NCBI GenBank assembly: GCA_947085205.1
Contig: CAMTVO010000014.1
Span: forward strand, 58,835-122,834
DNA: 64,000 nt
DNA from: an uncultured Nitrospiraceae bacterium
GTDB taxonomy: Bacteria; Nitrospirota; Thermodesulfovibrionia; Thermodesulfovibrionales; Dissulfurispiraceae
Direction of reading: 5' to 3'
A program made the translations under genes and the position numbers. How positions within the stretch are numbered: position 1 is the first letter of the stretch; each line of letters opens with the position of its first letter. The notes below the pieces were generated by a model. The model made no database searches. It was not told the origin of the DNA and saw only the letters and a list, made by a program, of their open reading frames with translations. Of the stretch, positions 56,524-64,000 are shown piece after piece.

Positions 56524-57504
56524 ATGACAAGGGCTAAAATAATTGCCACAGGCTCGTATGCTCCTGAAAAAAAACTCACAAACTTCGACCTCGAAAAGAT
56601 GGTGGATACATCGGATGAATGGATTACAGAGAGGACAGGCATAAAGGAGAGAAGGATAGCCGGAGAAGAACAATCAACATCAGACCTCGCTTTCGAGGCT
56701 GCAAAAAATGCATTAAAAAATGCCGGACTCAAGGCAAAAGATATAGATATAATCGTCGTTGCAACCGTCACGCCCGATATGCTTTTCCCCTCAACCGCAT
56801 GCTTTCTTCAGCATCGTCTCGGTATCAAGAACATACCCGCCTTTGACATCAGCGCCGCCTGCTCCGGTTTCATCTACGGACTCTCGGTTGCGGACAGTTT
56901 TATTAAGGCAGGAAAATACAAGAGGGTGCTCCTGATAGGAGCTGAAACCCTTTCCAAGTTCACTGATTGGGAAGACAGGACAACATGCGTGCTATTCGGA
57001 GACGGAGCAGGAGCGGTTATATTAGAACAGACAAAAGGAGAAAGCGGCATTGTTTCTACGCATCTGCATGCGGACGGAAGCTACTGGGATATGCTGAATC
57101 TGCCCGGCGGAGGTTCAAAAACTCCAGCATCAAAAGATACAGTGAAGAAGAGGTCTCACTATATAAAAATGAAAGGCAATGAAACTTTTAAAATAGCGGT
57201 CAGAACGCTTGAAAGTCTCGTTGAGGAAACGCTTAAGGAGAATAATCTGAAACCATCGCAGTTGTCTGCGCTGATACCGCATCAGGCAAACCTCAGGATA
57301 ATTCAGGCAACGGCAAACAGGCTCGATATATCCATGGACAAGGTAGTGGTCAATATCGACAGATACGGAAACACATCAGCCGCCTCAATCCCCATAGCGC
57401 TTGACGAGACCGTAAGGACAGGAAGGATAAGAGAAGGAGACTATGTTTTGCTCGAAGCCTTCGGCGGCGGGCTTACATGGGCATCTGCTTTGATTAGGTG
57501 GTAA
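56524..57504 (+). CDS. fabH: Beta-ketoacyl-ACP synthase III
   Basis: DTSDEWITERTGI, AACSGF, PHQANLRI, GNTSAASIP. Confidence 0.97.
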   Translation: MTRAKIIATGSYAPEKKLTNFDLEKMVDTSDEWITERTGIKERRIAGEEQSTSDLAFEAAKNALKNAGLKAKDIDIIVVATVTPDMLFPSTACFLQHRLGIKNIPAFDISAACSGFIYGLSVADSFIKAGKYKRVLLIGAETLSKFTDWEDRTTCVLFGDGAGAVILEQTKGESGIVSTHLHADGSYWDMLNLPGGGSKTPASKDTVKKRSHYIKMKGNETFKIAVRTLESLVEETLKENNLKPSQLSALIPHQANLRIIQATANRLDISMDKVVVNIDRYGNTSAASIPIALDETVRTGRIREGDYVLLEAFGGGLTWASALIRW

Positions 57505-57514
57505 AAGCTTTTGT

Positions 57515-58237
57515 CTATAACTCTTTACGCTTTGCTTTCCTTTTCCTATAGTCCTTAATATGCCATTTTCTGAAGAGCCTTTCCAGCTTATCCCTGTATG
57601 CCATGGCAATAAATACCACAACCAGCGCCACACCAACAAGGATGGAAAACTTCCCGTATTGATGATGTCTTATGTAATCGCCTCCGAGTGTCAACAAAAC
57701 CGTGCCAAAGAGTCGTCCAGTCCCACCTATTAAAAGAAACTCTTTAGTGGAAAGATGACCAAGCCCTAATATATAACACAAATAATCCTTCGGAAATCCG
57801 GGGATAAGAAACAGCATGAATACAAGAAACGCACCCTTATGGTGAAGCAGATAATCAAACCTGTCCATGACGGACTTATTCACAAACCTGTCTACAAAGG
57901 GCCTGCCGAAAGTCCTCGCCAGGGCAAAGGCCGCATAAGAACCTATGGTCAGGCCGATAGTGGATAATATGACGCCTACAACAGGCCCGTACAAAAAACC
58001 GCCGAGAATTCCGGTAACCTCGCCGGGAATAGGCGCTGCAACGACCTGTGCAATCTGAAGCAGTATGAATCCTATAAAGGCGGCAGGACCGAGGGAATCA
58101 AGAAAACGGAGTAGCCTTTCTTTGTTGAGGAAAAAATGAATAAGCCCTGTCTTATAAAATATTAAAGTCAGACCGCTAATAATGAGTATAAGTATGAGGA
58201 GCCTAATCCATATGTTACTTTTAGTTGTATTATTCAT
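57515..58237 (-). CDS. TVP38/TMEM64 (DedA/VTT) membrane protein
   Basis: QVVAAPIPGE, FLIPGFPKD. Confidence 0.88.
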   Translation of the reverse strand: MNNTTKSNIWIRLLILILIISGLTLIFYKTGLIHFFLNKERLLRFLDSLGPAAFIGFILLQIAQVVAAPIPGEVTGILGGFLYGPVVGVILSTIGLTIGSYAAFALARTFGRPFVDRFVNKSVMDRFDYLLHHKGAFLVFMLFLIPGFPKDYLCYILGLGHLSTKEFLLIGGTGRLFGTVLLTLGGDYIRHHQYGKFSILVGVALVVVFIAMAYRDKLERLFRKWHIKDYRKRKAKRKEL

Positions 58238-58308
58238 TATTCTGGAGTAATGGAGAACTGTAACAGCAAACTAACCGCCCAATCCTCCATTACTCCGGCG
58301 CTCCAGTG

Positions 58309-59073
58309 TTATTTGCTTCCTATCTTCTCAATAAACGGCTTTAAGATCTCTATTGGCAATGGAAAGACAATCGTCGAATTCTTTTCTGTCGCAATCTCCG
58401 TTAATGTCTGTAAGTATCTTAACTGTAATGTCATAGGCTCCGACGCAATAATCTTTGCTGCATCCGCCAACTTCTGCGATGCCTGAAACTCTCCTTCTGC
58501 ATGTATTATCTTTGCCCTTCTCTCCCTCTCAGCCTCCGCCTGTTTTGCAATCGCCCTGAGCATCTCCGTAGGAAGGTCAACATTCTTAACTTCAACTGTT
58601 GTAACCTTAACACCCCACGGCTCTGTCTGCGTATCAATTACCTTCTGCAATTCTGCATTCAGCTCATCCCTTTTCATAAGCAAGTCATCAAGCGTGCTCT
58701 GTCCAAGGATGCTCCTCAGGGTTGTTTGCGCTATCTGAGATGTAGCGTAATAAAAATCTTCCACCTCTGTAATCGCCTTAATAGGTTCCATAGGCCTGAA
58801 GTAAACAACAGCGTTGACCTTAACAGTAATATTATCCCTTGTAATAATATCCTGAGCAGGGACATCCATTGTAACCGTCCTCAAACTTACCTTAACCAGC
58901 TTGTCAATGATTGGCCATATGATTACGAGACCCGGCCCCTTCAAATTAATAATCCTTCCAAGCCTGAAGACAACGCCCCTCTCGTACTCCTTCAAAATCT
59001 TGATGGCGCTCTGAAGAACATAAGCAACCATGATTACAATGAACAAAAACGTCATAAATGATGGTGTCAACAT
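58309..59073 (-). CDS. SPFH/band-7 (slipin) protein
   Basis: [37 protein letters not shown]. Confidence 0.93.
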   Translation of the reverse strand: MLTPSFMTFLFIVIMVAYVLQSAIKILKEYERGVVFRLGRIINLKGPGLVIIWPIIDKLVKVSLRTVTMDVPAQDIITRDNITVKVNAVVYFRPMEPIKAITEVEDFYYATSQIAQTTLRSILGQSTLDDLLMKRDELNAELQKVIDTQTEPWGVKVTTVEVKNVDLPTEMLRAIAKQAEAERERRAKIIHAEGEFQASQKLADAAKIIASEPMTLQLRYLQTLTEIATEKNSTIVFPLPIEILKPFIEKIGSK

Positions 59074-59143
59074 AAATCCTCCTTTTTTAAGTCGATTTTA
59101 ATCTCTGGATTATTATACCTCAACAATGTTCGGTAAAACTATC

Positions 59144-62047
59144 CTATGTAATGGAAACAAGTCTCGGCTCGTGGGTGAAGAAGATATAGCTCTTTGCCTT
59201 GACAGAAAAGAGTTTTTCTACAGCCTTCCTATAAACATCCATCTGGAAGGAATATCTCTCTATCAGCTCGGGCATCTCGTCCTCTGAAATCGGATATGTC
59301 TTGTAATCATAAATAAATGCAGTATCATCTTTTATAATCACCCTGTCAATCCTGCCTTTATAAACACCGCTTCCAAGCTCAAGAACAAACGGAAGCTCGG
59401 CATAAGAATTTCCCTGAGGCATTATAATTTCTTTAAAATAATCGCCTGCGCTAAGTTTCTCAATATTTAATAGAATAATACTCTTCATCCTGTCCGCATC
59501 TTTGTCAGAAAGCACCTCATTTTTGAGTATATCCATTGTTTTCTTTTCGATGCTTTCAATTTTAATGAAGCCTTTTGAAATCCCCTCAAACAGTCTGTGG
59601 AATGCCCTTCCCAAGACAACCCAGTCGTCGCCATGCCTTCTCCTTATATCGTCTATCTCTTCAGTGACATCAAGCCACACGGTTGGCGGTTTATAATCAA
59701 GAGACTCGATGAATACTATTTCATCCGAGAATTCCTTTGGTTTGTCATTCCGAGCATGCGAGCCGAAGCCCTGAGCAAAGCGAAGGGGAGGAATTACATT
59801 CTCTTTATTTCCGAACTCATCAAACTTTATCCTTTCAATCTTAATTATGTTATTGTCATATCCCGAATCCTGCATCATGAATCCTGCATCCTCAAGATAT
59901 GCGATTTTACCTGAAGGCGTCTCTTTCCATATTCCAGACATGCAGAGGTAGTCCATTGCCCTTGTTACCGCAACATAGAATAATCTTTTTTCCTCATCCT
60001 GAAGCCTTTCTTTATGCCTCTGGAAAACAGGAACCTTCCTCCTGAGAACTGAATCTTCTTCATATGCTATAACAATCCCATTTTCGTCTTCATCAACGAC
60101 TACACTGCCTGAGCTTCTTGTCCTGCCTTCTTCATCAAGGCACGGTAGGAATACCATCGGGAACTGAAGCCCCTTTGATGCATGTATTGTCATTATCTTT
60201 ACAGCATTCATACCTTCTGTATTGACATTTGCCTTTGCCTCTTCCGATTTGCCGGATGCCTTAATCAGCTTTTCCCGTATCTCAAGGGCAGTAAGTCCCT
60301 TTTGCTCCATTTCTTCTACAAGTTTTATGAACTTTTTTGCATTGACATATCTCTGCTTCTCATGGAAATACTGCCAGGCTCCTGTCTCAATGAGAATCTC
60401 CTCAAGCAGTATTGCATATTGAGCGTCTCTTACCCTTTCAAGCCACTTAATAAGCGAAGTAATGGAGTAATTGAGTGATGGAGTGATGGAGTTACCGAGT
60501 ATACAGTTTTTCATTGATTCAAATAAATAACCCGCAGGCATATCATCAATAACCCTGTTACCGATGGCCTTCAGAATTGTATCGTATCCTATAGAAAACA
60601 AGGGGGAGCGGAGGATATTAAAGAGACTGTAGTCATCTGCAGGGTCTATAAGGAAAAAGAGAATGTCCCTTAAAATGCCGACTTCAGGAGAGTTATAAAA
60701 GCCTATGCCTTTGACAACAACAAACGGTATGTCTTCCTTCTGCAATGCATCCTCGAAGACCGACAGATGCGTCCTGTTTCTTAGGAGGAGCGCCATGTCG
60801 CCATAGTTGCAAGCCCTTCTGCCTCCGGCCTCGTATATCTGATAACTGCCGCACAATTTCTTTATCTTCCCCGCAATAATGGATGCCTCCGCCTTTCTGT
60901 TTTCCTTTGTATTGCCGATGCTGTCCAATAGGACGAGTTCCACATCGCCTTCTCCCTTCCTCGCTGCCTCAAATGGCGTGTATTCTACCTTATAGTCGTC
61001 ATAGAGGCCCTTCGGCATAAGTCTTTCGAAAAGCGCATTGACAAAACTTACAATTGCAGGAAGGCTGCGGTAATTCTCCTTTATCTCGATAAAGTGGTAT
61101 TCGTCTCCAAGCCATTCCGTAAGCTTTTTCCTCGCATTCTTGAATATGCTGACATTGGCCCCCCTAAATGAATAGATTGACTGCTTGCCATCGCCGACAA
61201 GAAATATTGTCGGATTGCCGCCCTTTTCCCTTTTTGCTCCGAGACCTGAACGCCACTCCTCTGTGAGCTTGTCCACAATCTTCCACTGGAGCGTGCTTGT
61301 ATCCTGAAACTCGTCAACGAGTATGTGGTCTGTATGCTCGTCAAAGGAATAAAGGACATTCTGCCACTCTGGATTTGTTGAGATGGCCTCGTATGCCATA
61401 AGCTCAAGGTCATTATAGTCGAGAGAGTGTCTTTCCATCTTTTTCTTTTTGTATTTTTTAAGACATTTCGAATATATAGACATAATCCTTTCGAAATATT
61501 CTTGACTGCCGACTGCCGACTGCTGACTGCTGACTGCTAATTCTATGTTTGGCCTTTTGCCGTGGAGTTCACCGAGTATGGCATAGAGCTTATTCCAACC
61601 CTTAATACCGCTGTTCTTGATAACTTCATAAAACAGCCTATCCCCCAATGTATCATCCTCCATAAGGGATTCATAAATCGCCTCGTTCCAGAGGATATCT
61701 GCATTAAAGCTGTCCATCACCTCAAGAGACGGGTCTATGTCGAGGTCAAGGGAAAATCTCTTCAAAAGTTTCAGGCAAAAAGAATGGATCGTGGATATCC
61801 GCATCCTCGGCATCTTCTCCCTGACTCTTTCAAAGAGTTCCGGGTCTTCTTTTTTCAGGATGTTCAGAATCCTTTCCTTCATCTCGGCAGCAGCCTTATC
61901 CGTAAATGTTATGGCGAGTATCCGCTCAACATCAGAGCCGTTTTTCAGAAGTTCGATGTATCTGCGCGCAAGCTTCTCTGTCTTGCCTGAACCGGCAGGA
62001 GAAGAGATCATCACACTTTTGCTTATGTCGAGATAATTGTCATTCAT
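59144..62047 (-). CDS. UvrD-family helicase with C-terminal RecB-like nuclease (AddA-like)
   Basis: PAGSGKT, ILAITFT, VDEFQDT, VGDGKQSIYSFRGA, YVAVTRA, GRIDR...DYKT. Confidence 0.9.
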   Translation of the reverse strand: MNDNYLDISKSVMISSPAGSGKTEKLARRYIELLKNGSDVERILAITFTDKAAAEMKERILNILKKEDPELFERVREKMPRMRISTIHSFCLKLLKRFSLDLDIDPSLEVMDSFNADILWNEAIYESLMEDDTLGDRLFYEVIKNSGIKGWNKLYAILGELHGKRPNIELAVSSQQSAVGSQEYFERIMSIYSKCLKKYKKKKMERHSLDYNDLELMAYEAISTNPEWQNVLYSFDEHTDHILVDEFQDTSTLQWKIVDKLTEEWRSGLGAKREKGGNPTIFLVGDGKQSIYSFRGANVSIFKNARKKLTEWLGDEYHFIEIKENYRSLPAIVSFVNALFERLMPKGLYDDYKVEYTPFEAARKGEGDVELVLLDSIGNTKENRKAEASIIAGKIKKLCGSYQIYEAGGRRACNYGDMALLLRNRTHLSVFEDALQKEDIPFVVVKGIGFYNSPEVGILRDILFFLIDPADDYSLFNILRSPLFSIGYDTILKAIGNRVIDDMPAGYLFESMKNCILGNSITPSLNYSITSLIKWLERVRDAQYAILLEEILIETGAWQYFHEKQRYVNAKKFIKLVEEMEQKGLTALEIREKLIKASGKSEEAKANVNTEGMNAVKIMTIHASKGLQFPMVFLPCLDEEGRTRSSGSVVVDEDENGIVIAYEEDSVLRRKVPVFQRHKERLQDEEKRLFYVAVTRAMDYLCMSGIWKETPSGKIAYLEDAGFMMQDSGYDNNIIKIERIKFDEFGNKENVIPPLRFAQGFGSHARNDKPKEFSDEIVFIESLDYKPPTVWLDVTEEIDDIRRRHGDDWVVLGRAFHRLFEGISKGFIKIESIEKKTMDILKNEVLSDKDADRMKSIILLNIEKLSAGDYFKEIIMPQGNSYAELPFVLELGSGVYKGRIDRVIIKDDTAFIYDYKTYPISEDEMPELIERYSFQMDVYRKAVEKLFSVKAKSYIFFTHEPRLVSIT
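59743..59798. repeat. TGTCATTCC-family element in-frame in the addA-like gene
   Basis: TGTCATTCC...GGAATTACA ends enclosing CCCTGAGCAAAGCGAAGGG; encodes VIPPLRFAQGFGSHARND. Confidence 0.7.
61504..61538. repeat. Heptamer array (GACTGCY)x5 in the addA-like gene
   Basis: Read directly; encodes AVSSQQSAVGSQ. Confidence 0.95.
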
Positions 62048-62109
62048 CTTACAAAATAATCCGCCAACAACTCCGCTTGCTTTAAGACCGTATCAACAGC
62101 CTTTTGCTG

Positions 62110-62212
62110 CCTCGCTGCCCGTCTCAAATGCATTCAGATATACGCATTCGTATTTCAATGACCTCCACAGCTTTTCTATCATGACATTGTCCATCCATCT
62201 GCCCTTGCCGTC
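62110..62212 (-). mobile_element. IS3-family transposase fragment
   Basis: DGKGRWMDNVMIEKLWRSLKYECVYLNAFETGSEA matches the IS3 integrase-core region; no termini seen. Confidence 0.8.
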
Positions 62213-62520
62213 AAATACAGCCTGCCGCTGCTCAAAGTGCGTTACAATATCTTTGGCTAAATTTTTTACCCTTTCCTGATTTCCTACAATGGCTTCAAGT
62301 TTTGCCCACTTGGCTTTGGCTCTTTGCTTGTCAGTTATTTCCTCGTCTTCTTCCAGTTCTTTATCAAACTCCTCAATCAAGCGTCTGCCTTCTTCATCAA
62401 GATTGACCTTTGCCAGACGGCTCTCGTAGTAAATCTTGACTGTTGCGCCATCTGCTACCAATTGCATAGTATTGATGGTATGCCGCCAGTTTCTTTTCAG
62501 TCTCAACATGAATGATTCCA

Positions 62521-62562
62521 CCCTCACTCCCTCTCCCACTGGGAGAGGGCTGGGGTGAGGGT
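62521..62562. repeat. CCCTCTCCC-type palindromic element in-frame in hsdR
   Basis: CCCTCAC-T-CCCTCTCCCACTGGGAGAGGG-CTGGG-GTGAGGG; encodes PSPQPSPSGRGSEG. Confidence 0.8.
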
Positions 62563-63340
62563 TTAGAAGAAATAGATTTCTCAAACACGATAAAATTGCG
62601 GACAAGGTCTAACAAGGTGTCTGGATTTAACATTCCTTTTAGAAGCGTTTCTATTTGCGGAATGAAGCGCGATGCCTCTTTTTTGCCGTCTGCGCTTTTC
62701 CATGCCATATAACGGCTGAATCCCGAGGAAACGCTCCCAGCCCTGCATTCCATGCCGTCTGAAATGACACAGACAGCATTATAAGTAAACAGGCTTGGAA
62801 TAGCGGCTTTGTAGGTTTGAATTTGTTCAAATGCTTTTCTGATGGTAGCGTTCTCATCCGCAGCATTCTTCAGTTCAATCACAACTAACGGAATGCCGTT
62901 GACGAAGAGCAAAATATCAGGCCGCTTATTTTGATTGTTCTCAATGATTGTGTATTGATTGACAGCCAAGAATTCATTATTCAGAGGATGAGCAAAATCA
63001 ATCAGGCTCACCTCATAACTTCTTTCGTAGCCGTCCTGCTGATAAGGGACTTTTATTTTCTCAATTAAGAATTGGTGAAAGATTTCGTTATTGTGAAGCA
63101 AATCAGGCGAGTAGATGCGCAATACCTTTTGGACGGCTTGCTCCCTTGCATTTTCAGGAATGTCAGGGTTTAACCGCGCAACCGCTTTGCGCAGCCGCTG
63201 CGTTAAAATGATTTGCTCAAAGGTTTCCCTTTCAGCAAGTTCTGCCCCCGGAGCAATAGCCAAGCCGTGAACATACCCCCAGCCCAAGGACTGCAGGGTT
63301 TCTATGGCAAGGGTTTCTATGTTGTTTTCAGTAAGTTTGG

Positions 63341-63916
63341 TCATTTCAGTTTCCTGGCATGGCTTCGCGCCTGATAGAGCCTTTCCGTGAAGCCGCCTTC
63401 AGTGAGGAATTGTTGTTCGAGCCTTTGAAGCTGCCGTCCAAGGAGATAACTTGCCTGGTTTATCAGGCAAATAAGCGTATTTGCTGCAGTTTCAGGAGGC
63501 GCTTTCTCAATATAGGTCTTATAGGTCATATACGACCTATTCTTTTCATGAGCAAGCGCTCTTATTTTAAGCGCTTGCTCATGCTCTTTTCCCCAAAGCT
63601 GGAGCCCCTTCTGCCTCAAAAAATCATGATAATCCAAAAGCAATTCTTCAAGACTTGCGCGGGCAACTCCTGTCAGTTTGAGTTCTGTTTTTTTAGAGGT
63701 TGCGGAAGCCATGCTTCCCTCTGCGATGTTCTGCACCCCACTCCTCGCTGCCTGCACCATCTGGTCATGCGTGCGAGACCGCTTGTCAATAAAACGGTCA
63801 CAAAACACAACTGTTGCGTCATAGACAATTTCCGCTGTCTGGTAAGATTTCAGATTGCGGTATCCGCCGTGAGGGGGGATAAGGGAAGGGCTTGGTTTCT
63901 GGGGTTTATTGTTCAT
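63341..63916 (-). CDS. Four-helix-bundle protein (23S-IVS-protein/Avd-like fold) with C-terminal suffix domain
   Basis: GGYRNLKSYQ, DQMVQAARSGVQNIAEGS, ARASLEELLLDY, GGFTERLY; stop overlaps the hsdR ATG. Confidence 0.88.
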   Translation of the reverse strand: MNNKPQKPSPSLIPPHGGYRNLKSYQTAEIVYDATVVFCDRFIDKRSRTHDQMVQAARSGVQNIAEGSMASATSKKTELKLTGVARASLEELLLDYHDFLRQKGLQLWGKEHEQALKIRALAHEKNRSYMTYKTYIEKAPPETAANTLICLINQASYLLGRQLQRLEQQFLTEGGFTERLYQARSHARKLK

Positions 63917-64000
63917 TTTGGGTTCTTAATTTTCCTTTATCATTTCCTGTTTTTGCAAGGGGCTTTATCTGCTTCGTGCTGAGGCTCATACCACCAGAAA

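Larger units (their letters stand above)
62044..63344 (-). pseudogene. hsdR: Type I restriction subunit HsdR, fragmented
   Basis: N-terminus (RPDILLFVNGIPLVVIELKN...YHQYYA), frameshifted middle piece (VADGATVKIYYESR...HFEQR), and C-terminal tail QQKAVDTVLKQAELLADYFVR*; helicase core missing. Confidence 0.88.

Noticed and set aside
63341..63916. Four-helix-bundle gene as Avd of a diversity-generating retroelement
   Set aside because: No reverse transcriptase or TR/VR pair in the window; context is a type I R-M operon
63917..64000. 3' end of an upstream gene (possibly R-M related)
   Set aside because: Too little sequence to choose a frame or assign a product

Overview
AT-rich bacterial chromosome segment; gene content and style suggest an anaerobic Nitrospirota/Thermodesulfovibrionia-like or deltaproteobacterial organism (inference only). 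1-36.1 kb: one minus-strand motility supercluster with an MCP and an orphan PstS-like binding protein, a che operon (HEAT protein, cheR, two response regulators, P2-less cheA, cheW-cheZ fusion), fliA/flhG/flhF/flhA/flhB/fliR/fliQ, a fliO-fliP fusion, fliN/M/L, two tandem flgE, flgD, fliK, motE-like, fliJ/I/H/G/F/E, flgC/B, fleR/fleS-like, a TPR protein and a receiver-less FleQ-like sigma54 activator. Three sigma54 promoters and three GTCA-N6-TGAC boxes can be read directly. 36-59 kb: housekeeping genes (dinB, HPF-CSD, tRNA-Gly, bioW, porCDAB, Crp/Fnr, a Phd-RelE TA pair, tRNA-Pro, merR, ihf, dksA, peptide ABC genes, an aeRF1-like protein, D-aminoacylase, yceD-rpmF-plsX-fabH). 59-64 kb: addA-like helicase-nuclease, a mosaic hsdR pseudogene with an IS3 fragment, and a four-helix-bundle gene. 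The most striking non-genic signal is a pervasive layer of small repeats. Degenerate 7/8/9-mer tandem arrays often occur as inverted pairs at gene junctions, are often in-frame inside genes, and three times form signal-peptide cores. At least three families of short palindromic elements are also inserted in-frame into conserved proteins.
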